From assembly GCA_963771175.1 (NCBI GenBank), contig CAVYSY010000033.1:288001-352000 (forward strand): a DNA stretch of 64,000 nucleotides. Reading direction: 5' to 3'. Below are positions 55,073 to 64,000 of the stretch, in pieces. The notes below the pieces were generated by a model. That model was given only the letters and a program-made list of their open reading frames with translations. It ran no database searches and had not been told where the DNA came from. The first letter of the stretch is position 1, and each line of letters opens with the position of its first letter. The DNA is from an uncultured delta proteobacterium (GTDB lineage Bacteria; Myxococcota; Myxococcia; Myxococcales; Myxococcaceae). Both the position numbers and the translations under genes were made by a program.

Positions 55073-56557
55073 GGGGTGCGGGGCTCCCGCTGGTAGAGCC
55101 ACCACACGCCGCTCTGGGCGACCAGACGGACCGGCTCGGTGGCCGAGGCGAACAGGCGAGGTCCGGGGTCCTTCTGCGCCCGGAGCACGAAGTAGTCGTA
55201 GTCCCCGTCGAGTTCCCAGCGGAAGCGCTTGGGGTACCAGTACAGGTCTTTCGTCATGCGCGGCTTCTTGCCGGGCCGGAAGCGGACCAGCTGGGGGAAG
55301 AACTCCGCGAACGAGAACCCGGGCCGCCCCCCCTTCTGGACCTGGTACCAGGCGGGGAAGTGCACGAAGGAGGGCGACGGGATGAACGTGTACGGAGTCA
55401 CCAGGAGGAAGCCGAGGGAGAGGACCCGGCGACGAGGCTCCATGTGGGCGCTGATCTCATCGAAGCCCCGGGCATCGGAATCGAAGCTCTGGAAGCGCAG
55501 CGTGAGCACCGTCAGCCAGCCCAGCGTGGCGAGGACGAACCCCGTTCGGAGCACCCGGCGCCACGACTCGCGCGAGGAAGGCAGGAGGACCAGCAGCAGG
55601 GCCGGCAGCGCGAACACGGCGAAGCGCTCGTTGAGGAAGGAGGTACCGAAGGCCCGGTGCGGCGCCAGCAGGTGCACCAGCACCAGGGTCAGCGCGGCCA
55701 GCCAGCGCAGGGGCGCGCGCCTCGGCTTCGCCGACAGCACCAGGGCCAGCAGCAGCAGCCCCCCGACCACCGCCGCCTGCGTGTCCCCCCTGTTCCCCAG
55801 GAGCATCGCCGGCAGCGTGACCAGCCGGGTCAGGGGCCTGAAGTCCCACGTGGCCTCGGCGCGGACATCTCCCTCCGAGTCATGGGTGATGAGCGCCCAG
55901 ACTCCAGGAGAAGAGCACCCCCGGGAGGAAGGGGGCGAGCCGCACGAGCGCGCCGCGAACGCTCCGGCAGCCCTCGAGGACCAGGAAGCCCGCCGCCGCG
56001 CCCACCACCGCGAACACCAGCACGTGGCACAGGCACAACAACACGCCGATGGCCGCGAACGCCCCGCCCCGCCGCCACGTCGGCTCTCGCGCGAAGCCGA
56101 GGGCCGCCACGAGGAAGAGCATGCCCACCGGGAGCGCCACGAGGTAGTTGAGGAAGCCCCAGTAGAAGCTGAAGCCGAACGCCATCGGGTAGCCCAGGAG
56201 CGACCACCACCGGTCTCCGCCCGTCTCGCGCAGCAGCCGGTGCAACGAGAGGGGAAACGCCAGGACGGCCAGCGTCACCACCAACTTGATGGCCTGGAGG
56301 ATGGGGAGGACGCAGGCGGCGAGCCGCACCAGCGTGTACCCGCCCAGGTAGGGCGTGAACCAGTTCAGGACATAGTCCTGAGCGAGGCCCTGCGTCGGGT
56401 CATCGTAATGCTGCCACAGGTAGATCTGCGCAGCGTGCTGCGGCAGATCCACCATCGGCAGATAGCGCACTGTCCACAGGGTCACGAGCACGGCGAGCGC
56501 GCAGAGCGAGTGAGCCGTCCAGTACCGGCGCGTATCAGGGGCGTGGAGGGAATCCAT
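55069..56557 (-). CDS. Polytopic membrane protein, putative GT-C glycosyltransferase (frameshift near 55900)
   Basis: LPMVDLPQH loop after the first TM, WGFLNY, many TM helices; ATGA-coupled to the GT2 gene. Confidence 0.6.
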
Positions 56558-56729
56558 CGGTCGTAGGGGGGACGAGTACACACCGGACCGTCTCCCGGGT
56601 CACGAGATACCTGGGTGCGGCGAATTGCCTGCCAGGTCCCTCCCAAGACGGGCATGAGCACGAACGAGGCCCCGGCTACCCGGAACGCGGAGCGAGGGGC
56701 CCTCGGGTCCCCCACCCGGAGCCCACGCC

Positions 56730-58631
56730 CTACTTCGGCATCATCCCGAAGGCCTTGAGCATCGCCACGGCGATGCCCATGAGGCTCTCGCCAGCGATGA
56801 AGCCCGAGCCCACCGGGCAGCACGGTGGCCTCGGCCAGCTTCGGCTTGAAGCGGCGCAGGCACCTCGGCGATGGCCGCGCCGATGAAGAAGGCAATGGAG
56901 CTGGCGCCCGGAATGACGATGGCCAGTCCCGAAGCCCGCGGCCGACGGGATGAACGGCTTGGCCTTCTTCGGCGCCCAGCGATCCAGCAGCACCAGCGCC
57001 GACGCCCAGCGACAGCGCCGCACAGCGCGCCGATGCGGGCGACTGGTGCAGCGCGCTCACGCCCGTTGACGAGCATCTTCGACACGCCGGCCCACACCAG
57101 CGACGCGGGCGCCGGGAACTCCTCGGTGCCCAGCACGTCCGCGCTCGGCACCAGCAGGTTGAAGGCCGGCACCACCACCGCCGCCCCGGCCACCACGCCG
57201 AAGAGCTGCGCGATGAACTGCTTGCGCGGGTTGGCGCCGAGCAGCCAGCCCGGTCTTGAGGTCCGTCAGCAGGTCCGCCGCGTGCAGGCCCACGCCGCCC
57301 GTGGCATTGGCGCTCATCACGTTGGCGGCGAGGTTGCCGGGCAGCAAGGCCGCCGTAGATGAGCTGCGTCACCGGCCCGAGCGCCTTGGTGGGCGTGGTG
57401 TCCGTCTCGCCGGTGACGCGCGCGGCGATGACGCCCATCACCACCGACAGCGGCAGCGCGAGCACGCCGGCCCACCACGGAATCTGGAAGAGGTACGCCA
57501 TCAGCCCCACCACCACCGGGCCCGAGCACCAGCGAAGCCCAGCGGGAACCAGGTGGGCGGGCACTCGACGTCGGCGAGCGGATCCTTCTCCTCCTCGCCC
57601 TTCTTCCCGAACAGCCCCGAGAGCGCCTGGAAGGATTTGGCCACGCTCCGCCACTGGAAGGCGAAGGACAGCACGCCCGACGAGACGAGCACCGAGGCGC
57701 CCGTCCACAGCGATCCACGCGTTGATGGCCTTGTACGTCACCTCCGGGATGACGCCGCGGCTCGACCATCTCGGGGGCGAGGAAGCCGTAGGTGAAGACG
57801 GCGCCCAGCAGCATGGACCAGCCCGTCTTGAAGCTCACCAGCGCCCCGGCGCCCACCAGCAGCAGGCTCAGGTCGAACGAGAGCGTCCACGCCCCCGCCG
57901 GCTTGCCGCCGAGGGTGAAGGGCAGGCTCAGCTTGGCGGGCAGGTTCCACGCGCAGCCACGAGGCCTTCGCGTCCCGCGCAGAAGGCGATGAGGGCCCCC
58001 ACGAGGCCCGCGATGCCGAGGAAGCGCGCCTTGCCGCGCGAGGCCTCATCCTGCCCGTGGAGCGCCTGGAGCGTCTCGGCGGTGGCCGTGCCCGTGGGGA
58101 ACGGGAGCTGCTCGATGTTGACGAGCTGGCGCTTGATGGGGATGGCGGCGAAGACGCCCATCGCGGACGATCACCGCGAACCACGCCACCAGCCACCCCG
58201 TGGACGGCAGCGCCCCGGTGAGCATCAGCAGCGCGGGCACCGCCGCCATGTTGCCACCGCCCGTCATGTACCCCGCCGCCGAGGCCACCGAGCCCACCGC
58301 GTTGTTCTCCAGCGCGGAGACCTCCGTCTTCACCAGCCCCACGGCCGCGCAGGAGGCCGAAGATCGAGAAGGAGAGGATGCACGCGGTGATGGTGACGCC
58401 CAGGCTCCAACCCGTCTTGAGGATGACGTACAGGTTGGAGAGGCACATCACCGCGCCGATCAGCATGCCGGCGATGACGGCCCGCACGGTGAGCTGGCGC
58501 GCCTCCCCCTTGTAGACGTTCTCCAGCCAGTACCGTTCCGGGTCCTGGGTAGCGGAGGCGGAGCGCCGCAGAGAGTCGGTCTCGGGCGAAATCGGGAGCT
58601 GCTGGGGCGAGGGCGAAGCGGACTGGCTCAT
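56730..58631 (-). CDS. OPT family oligopeptide transporter (many frameshifts)
   Basis: QLTVRAV, LKTGW, LENN, LPFPTGTATAETL, GETDTTP, DLKTG, FPAPA, SGFIAGESLMG across frames. Confidence 0.85.
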
Positions 58632-58697
58632 TGGAGTCGCAACGTTACCGGAACAACCCCTCTGGGACGAGCATCCTTCGCCCTCGCGGCCGCCTGC

Positions 58698-59192
58698 TCA
58701 GTGCTCGTGCCCGTGAGCGCCGCCCGGGCCGTGGGCGTGGCCGTGCTGCTTCTCCTCGTCGGTGGCCGCGCGGACTTCACGCACCGTCACGTCGAAGTGG
58801 AGCGTCTTGCCGGCCATCGGGTGGTTGAGGTCCACCACCACCGAGTCCCCCTTCAGCTCGCGGATGGTGATGGGGATGACGTCCCCGCCCTCCGTCTGCG
58901 CCGAGATGGTCACTCCCGGTTGGATGGGGGCGTTCGGGGGGAACATGTCGCGGGGCACCGTCTGGAGGCCGCGCGGGTCGTGCTCGCCGTAGCCCTGCGA
59001 GGGAGGCACCACCACCAGCTTCGACTCGCCGACGGCCATGCCCTCGAGCTGCCCCTCCAGGCCCGGGACGATCTGCCCCCGACCATGCATGTAGGCGAGC
59101 GGCTGGCCGGGCTCACTCTGATCGACGACTTCCCCATCACCGAGGTGCAACCGGTACTCCAACGAGACGACGCTGTCCTTGGACACCTTCAT
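58698..59192 (-). CDS. slyD: FKBP-type peptidyl-prolyl isomerase SlyD
   Basis: VSLEYRL, GQIVPGLE, DLNHPMAGKTLHF, His-rich tail. Confidence 0.9.
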   Translation of the reverse strand: MKVSKDSVVSLEYRLHLGDGEVVDQSEPGQPLAYMHGRGQIVPGLEGQLEGMAVGESKLVVVPPSQGYGEHDPRGLQTVPRDMFPPNAPIQPGVTISAQTEGGDVIPITIRELKGDSVVVDLNHPMAGKTLHFDVTVREVRAATDEEKQHGHAHGPGGAHGHEH

Positions 59193-59264
59193 GTGGGCTG
59201 CTCCTTCTGTCCTACGGGTATGGGACGGCAATGCGGCCGGGGCAACCCGAGCCTCCTCGGATGC

Positions 59265-60551
59265 TCAGGAGGCGGGCGACTCGGGCTGGAGCGCGACGGG
59301 CTCGGGCTCGGCCTCGAGGGCCGGCTCGCCGCGGGAGACGTAGACGGCGGCGGCCAGGTCTCCCGTCACGTTGAGCGTGGTGCGGCACATGTCGAGGAAG
59401 CGGTCCACGCCCAGCACCAGCGCCAGGCCCTCGGGCGGAATCTTGAAGAGGCCCAGAATCATCGCGATGACGGGGATGGAGCCGGCCGGAACGCCCGCCG
59501 TGCCGATGCCCGCCAGCACGCAGATGAACATGACGATCGCCTGGTCCGACAGGCTGAGCTGCACGCCGAACACCTGCGCCAGGAAGAGCACGGTGACGCC
59601 CTCGAAGAGCGCGGTGCCGTTCTGGTTCATCGCCGAGCCGGCGGTGAGCACGAAGCGCGACACGTTGCGCGGCAGCTTGAGGTTCTCCTCGGCCACCTTC
59701 AGCGCGGTGGGCAGCGTGGCGCTGGAGGACGCGGTGGAGAAGGCGGTGACGATGGCCAGGCGGCTGTCGCGGAAGAAGGCCAGCGGGTTGCGCCCTCCGA
59801 GGAAGCGCACCGACAGCGAGTACACGCCGAACATGTGCAGCCCGAGCGCCAGCAGCACCACGCCCACGTAGGACGCCACCTGCATCAGCACGCCCATGCC
59901 CAGGCGCGCCATCATGCTGAAGAGCAGCGCCCCCACGCCGATGGGCGCCAGCTTCAGCACCCCGTCGATGAGCTTCATCATCACGTCGTAGAGGCCTTGA
60001 ATCGTCTCTCGCAGCCGCTGCGCGCCCTCGGTCGGCGTCAGGGCCAGGCCCAGGCCGAAGATGAGCGAGAAGACGATGAGGGCGATCATGTCCCCGTCCG
60101 CCGCCGCCTTCACCGGGTTGCTGGGGATCATCGCGGCGATCAGCGAGGGCACCGAGGTGCTGCTCGGCGCGGGGGCGGCCTGCACCGAGGTGCCCTTCAT
60201 CGCCAGCGCGCGCGCCTCGTCGCTCAGCCCCACGCCCGGCTTCAGCGTGTTGACCAGCACCAGCCCGATGAGCACCGCGATGCTGGAGATGACCACGGTG
60301 TAGCCCAGGGTCCGCAGACCCAGCCGACCAAGCTGCTTCAGGTCCAGCTCGCACACGCCCATCACCAGCGCGGCGAAGAGCAGCGGCACCACCAGCATCA
60401 GCAGCGCCCGGAGGAAGAGCTGCCCCACCAGCCCGGTGATGTTCGTCACCACCCAGTCGAGCCAGGGCGTACCTCCGGCCAGGAGATTGGCGGCGATACC
60501 CGCCACCGTGCCGATGGCGATGCCCAGGAGCATCTTCTGGTGCTGCTTCAT
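59265..60551 (-). CDS. Dicarboxylate/amino acid:cation symporter (DAACS)
   Basis: AFSTASSSATLP, MNQNGT, GTAGVPAG, DRFLDMCRT. Confidence 0.93.
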   Translation of the reverse strand: MKQHQKMLLGIAIGTVAGIAANLLAGGTPWLDWVVTNITGLVGQLFLRALLMLVVPLLFAALVMGVCELDLKQLGRLGLRTLGYTVVISSIAVLIGLVLVNTLKPGVGLSDEARALAMKGTSVQAAPAPSSTSVPSLIAAMIPSNPVKAAADGDMIALIVFSLIFGLGLALTPTEGAQRLRETIQGLYDVMMKLIDGVLKLAPIGVGALLFSMMARLGMGVLMQVASYVGVVLLALGLHMFGVYSLSVRFLGGRNPLAFFRDSRLAIVTAFSTASSSATLPTALKVAEENLKLPRNVSRFVLTAGSAMNQNGTALFEGVTVLFLAQVFGVQLSLSDQAIVMFICVLAGIGTAGVPAGSIPVIAMILGLFKIPPEGLALVLGVDRFLDMCRTTLNVTGDLAAAVYVSRGEPALEAEPEPVALQPESPAS

Positions 60552-60614
60552 CCGGAAGCCTCTTGCGTGTCGCTGGGGGACGAATCCCCCTGTGGGGACA
60601 GAGGGCCGCTCAGC

Positions 60615-61448
60615 CTACCGGTGATTCACGGTGGCGGATACCTTGTCGTCGGGGGCGGATGTCTCCGGCTGGACCCCAGCTCCCCGAGCCAGCTCACTCG
60701 CCGTCTCCCGGAGCCGACGGGTGACGCGCTCGGCCCACTCGGGCTCCACCTCCAGGCACGCCGCCTTGCGCCCCAGCCGCAGCGCCGCCGACGGCATCGA
60801 GCCACTGCCCGCGAACGGGTCCAACACCCAGTCCCCCGGCCGGCTCCACGTGCGCACCAGGGGCTCCAGCACGGAGAAGGGCTTGTGGTGCGGGTGGTTG
60901 CCCCAGCGCGCCGCCTCGGCGTCATCGTCGTAGCCCCCCACCACTGCCCAGACGGTGGGCAGCCCCGCCGGATCCAACGGCGGCTCGGGCGTGCGCGAGA
61001 GGACGAGCGCCACCTCGTAGACTCGCAGCGTCTGCTCGTTGGCGTTCTTGTCCGTGGTGCGCTTGCCCCAGACGTACTCGCCCCGCAGGTGGCTGAAGCC
61101 CAGCGAGCGCGCCACCGCGAGGATGGGCTCCTTGCCCAGCAGGTTCGTCCAGATGGCCAGCGTCGCGTCCGGCGTCAGGTGCGCCACCGCGCGCGTCATC
61201 CACGCCTCGGTGAAGGCGCGGTAGTCGCGCACCGTCTCGAAGCGCACGATGGGGTTGCGGTCGATCTTCTTGTTCGCGCGGGCATCTCGCAGGTCCCCGC
61301 CCTTGCGACGCCGCGTGAGCAGGCAGTACGGCGGATCCGTGTGCAGGAAGGTGGCCTTCGTCTCCCCCAGCACCGCTCGATAGCCCTGGGGCTCCCGCGC
61401 ATCGGCCCGCTGGCAGCGGAAGGACTCGCTCTCGTCGTGAGGATTCAT
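60615..61448 (-). CDS. Orphan N4/N6 DNA methyltransferase (beta-class motif order)
   Basis: TDPPY catalytic motif precedes HPHHKP and DPFAGSG SAM-binding motif. Confidence 0.8.
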   Translation of the reverse strand: MNPHDESESFRCQRADAREPQGYRAVLGETKATFLHTDPPYCLLTRRRKGGDLRDARANKKIDRNPIVRFETVRDYRAFTEAWMTRAVAHLTPDATLAIWTNLLGKEPILAVARSLGFSHLRGEYVWGKRTTDKNANEQTLRVYEVALVLSRTPEPPLDPAGLPTVWAVVGGYDDDAEAARWGNHPHHKPFSVLEPLVRTWSRPGDWVLDPFAGSGSMPSAALRLGRKAACLEVEPEWAERVTRRLRETASELARGAGVQPETSAPDDKVSATVNHR

Positions 61449-61479
61449 CCGGCGTGCACCCTACCCCAGCCTCCCCGCT

Positions 61480-61737
61480 TCACCACCGCCCTATGAACGG
61501 CCGCCCCATGCGCGGCTCGGCCCGCGTGACGGCGAGGATTTGTCCCACGGACACCCGCTCGTGCGACTTGAAGACGGCGAAGTCGTCCCCCTGCTCGGTG
61601 ACGACGTCCACTACCTCGTCGATGAAGGCCTCGCCCTCGCGGAGCTGGACCGCCACCGACCGGTGCCGCAGGACCGCCTCCTCGAGCACGTCGATGAAGT
61701 CACAGCGACCCACCTCGTCCTGGCATATCCGGGTCAT
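61480..61737 (-). CDS. Small protein resembling the Rho-binding antiterminator Rof/YaeO
   Basis: GGAGG RBS; CDFIDVLEEAV..VAVQLREGE pattern resembles the Rof N-terminus as recalled; similar size. Confidence 0.5.
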   Translation of the reverse strand: MTRICQDEVGRCDFIDVLEEAVLRHRSVAVQLREGEAFIDEVVDVVTEQGDDFAVFKSHERVSVGQILAVTRAEPRMGRPFIGRW

Positions 61738-62007
61738 CGCCTCCCCACCTCCGGCGCAGTCCCTCCGCCGCGCCGCGTCCAGTAAGCGTAATGTCTTCCC
61801 AAGCCCCTCGCCCTCCAGAAAGTCCCGAGGGCTCGTCCGCCCCCTGAATCCGCACTCCAGGCCATAATGTCGGCGGTTGGCCGCATGTCCACCCTTCCCC
61901 GTTGGCTGACGCACACCTCCTGGCCCCGGGTTCCATGTGGGGACGGCCCCGCCTGGGAGGCCAGTGGTAACTCGGACGGAGACCCTCTCCGCAGGAGATT
62001 CCCCGCC

Positions 62008-62400
62008 ATGCGTCCGACCCTGCTCGCGGGCAGTGCGCTGCTCGCCTTCGCCGCCCTCGGCTGTGCCCCCTCGCCAGAGGAGGTATGCCGCAAGATGGTC
62101 GACCAGCTCTGCGAGCGGAACTTCGCGTGCCGGACGGACAAGGACACGGCCGTGTTCAAGTACGCCTACGGCGCCGACGTGAACGAGTGCAAGACGAAGT
62201 TCTACGCCTCCAACGAATGCGGCGAGCGACAGGAGGATGCGCAGAACTGCGTCGGCTCCAACTCGGGCAAGCGCGAGTTCAACGCCAGCAAGTTCGCCGA
62301 CTGCCAGGAGGCCCTCGCCGGGCTCTCCTGCCAGGAGTACGTCAACCAGCAGAACGACCCGAAGCAGACCCCCGCCGTCTGCCAGCAGATCTGCCAGTAG
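62008..62400 (+). CDS. Cysteine-rich lipoprotein
   Basis: AGGAG upstream; lipobox ALGC; ten further Cys residues. Confidence 0.7.
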   Translation: MRPTLLAGSALLAFAALGCAPSPEEVCRKMVDQLCERNFACRTDKDTAVFKYAYGADVNECKTKFYASNECGERQEDAQNCVGSNSGKREFNASKFADCQEALAGLSCQEYVNQQNDPKQTPAVCQQICQ

Positions 62401-62421
62401 GCCCGAGCGTCCGCCCCGGAC

Positions 62422-63612
62422 TCATCTCTTGCGCCGACCCCGCCGCGGGGTGCCGAGCCTCCGGGCCTCCTCCACCCAGCGACCCTGGAGACGCGCCTCG
62501 GTCGCGAGCGACTCGTCCCAGGAGGGCCCGTCCGGCAGCATCCGTTGCGCGTATTCGAGCATGAGCCGCTCCAGCGCGCGCTCCTCGCACACCCGACGCA
62601 GCTCGTGCGCGTCCAGGCCGCAGGCCGCGAGGTAGGCCTCGCGCTCCTTCGGCGGAATGCCCAGGTGCGCCCACCACTCCGTCTCGGCCCGCGCCACCTC
62701 CTCGGGAGTGGGTGCGAGGCCGAGCGTCCGCGCCTGGCCCGCGAGCAACGCCCTCCGCAATCCCGCCTCGGCCAACGCCGCCGCGTCGGGTGACTCGTGC
62801 AGCGCCGCGAGCACCGCCTCCGAGGACACCAGGTCCTCCCCCACCGCGCACAGGCCCTCCACGAGGCGCCGGCGGCGCACATAGGAGGACGGCGCGGCCC
62901 GGCCGGTGCTCGCTCGCATGGGGGCCCGTGCTCCCGAGGCGACGAATGCCGCGGCCGTCTGGATGCAGGCCCGCGCGTCCTCGCGCTTGAGGTCCTCGAG
63001 GCCTCCCGCGGCCCAGGCGTCCCACTTCGCCCGGGTGGCTGGACGCCATGCCTGCGTCACCGCCGCCAGCACCCGGGGCCAGGTGCGGTCCTGGTAGAAG
63101 AGGGCCTCGGCCGCGTCCACCAGCGCCTGGGCCTCGCGAGGGGCGAGCACCCGCGCGAGCCGCGCCAGCCGGGCCGCGTGGCGCACGTTGACGAGTGGTA
63201 CCGTGAAGGCCCGGAAGCCGTGCTCCGCGTCGGCGTGGAGCAGCGCCACCTCGGAGTCGTCCACCAGCTCGCCTCGGCGGTAGGCCTCGAAGATGTGGCC
63301 CACGCCCACCACGCCGTGCTCATGGAGCTCCGCCGCGCGCAGGGCGCCCATGCTGCCCCCGCCGAACACCGCCACCCCGGCATCGAGCGCGGCCAGCAAC
63401 TCGTGGTGCCACACGGAGGGCTGCGCCTCGAAGACGCCGTCCACCAGCGCGATGGCCCTCGGGCGCAGCGAGAGCGCCCGCCACACGTCGCCCTGGCGCG
63501 CGGGCGGCAGCACGCGGCACGGTGCCAGCGCGAGGGCCTCCTCCTCCGGCAACGAGGGGCCGAGGAAGACGACGAGGTCATCGGGACGGGAGGGGGCCGG
63601 ACGGCGTTTCAC
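62422..63612 (-). CDS. TfuA-like protein with C-terminal extension
   Basis: VFLGPSL, PPARQGD, DGVF..SVWHHELL, SMGALRAAEL, DDSEVALLH, PLVNVR; GTGA-coupled to ycaO. Confidence 0.88.
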   Translation of the reverse strand: MKRRPAPSRPDDLVVFLGPSLPEEEALALAPCRVLPPARQGDVWRALSLRPRAIALVDGVFEAQPSVWHHELLAALDAGVAVFGGGSMGALRAAELHEHGVVGVGHIFEAYRRGELVDDSEVALLHADAEHGFRAFTVPLVNVRHAARLARLARVLAPREAQALVDAAEALFYQDRTWPRVLAAVTQAWRPATRAKWDAWAAGGLEDLKREDARACIQTAAAFVASGARAPMRASTGRAAPSSYVRRRRLVEGLCAVGEDLVSSEAVLAALHESPDAAALAEAGLRRALLAGQARTLGLAPTPEEVARAETEWWAHLGIPPKEREAYLAACGLDAHELRRVCEERALERLMLEYAQRMLPDGPSWDESLATEARLQGRWVEEARRLGTPRRGRRKR

Positions 63613-64000
63613 AGCAACTCCGAGACGAGCAGGCCCGGCACCACCACGCGCACCACGTGGAGTCCGGGGAGAGGGGCATCCAGATCGACGGCGGCGGCCC
63701 GGGGGAAGCCCGCCCGAGCGAGCCGGGCCAGCACCTCGCGCACCGCCTCCTCCGGCGAGGACACCTCATGGGAGAGCTCGGGCATGGACTCGATGGATCG
63801 GCGCGGGCGCACCTCGGCACAGGCGGCGGCCAGGGCCAGGGCCGGCTCCCGGTCCGCCGCGGCCACATCCTCACGGGCGCCGTGGATGTCGGTCAGGCGA
63901 GACTGCGCCGCCTCCAGCAGGGCGCCGAGCAGGGCCTGGTCCCGACTCAGTGAACACGCGTAGCCCGCCGCCAGGGGCACGGGGCCCTGCTCCCGGTCCA
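63609..64000 (-). CDS. YcaO-like protein (3' part only)
   Basis: ALLEAAQSRLTDIHGARED and C-terminal VVRVVVPGL; directly upstream of tfuA. Confidence 0.85.
   Translation of the reverse strand, partial: DREQGPVPLAAGYACSLSRDQALLGALLEAAQSRLTDIHGAREDVAAADREPALALAAACAEVRPRRSIESMPELSHEVSSPEEAVREVLARLARAGFPRAAAVDLDAPLPGLHVVRVVVPGLLVSELL

Noticed and set aside
60615..61448. Restriction-modification system
   Set aside because: No cognate endonuclease is adjacent; treated as an orphan methyltransferase
58200..61496. 1098-aa plus-strand ORF
   Set aside because: Antisense to slyD, the DAACS gene and the methyltransferase; no recognisable domain

Overview
High-GC chromosomal window with a myxobacterial gene complement (Archangium/Cystobacter-like; this is inferred from gene content). 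It holds about 45 genes. Many carry single-base frameshifts, dense at 1-4450, 44932-46384 and 56730-58631, which are probably consensus errors. Left to right: ABC permease pair + LolA-like protein + putative outer-membrane barrel; flavin amine oxidase; TMTC-like TPR membrane protein; EAL protein; LVIVD lipoprotein; peptidase/beta-propeller/Omp85 fusion; PLD with degenerate HKD motifs; CotH lipoprotein; pbpC; P450; Ser/Thr-AAA-GAF-His kinase; alpha-2-macroglobulin; lipoprotein toxin-immunity pair; a translation cluster (TrmJ-like, pseudouridine synthase, fusA, DEAD helicase, two ABC-F); desaturase; glycosylation cassette; OPT; SlyD; DAACS; orphan DNA methyltransferase; Rof-like protein; tfuA and the 3' end of ycaO. 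Three things are not shown by the ORF track. (1) A 55-aa ORF at 19284-19451 (-) with a double-glycine leader and two TTxxxxEE cores, i.e. a plesiocin-type graspetide precursor with no ATP-grasp ligase in the window, lying just downstream of pbpC. (2) An exact 28-bp direct repeat of the alpha-2-macroglobulin 3' end (23332-23359 and 28940-28967) that brackets the kinase gene like an insertion scar and splits the A2M-pbpC pair. (3) Two perfect palindromes at 38932-38994 behind the toxin-immunity pair.
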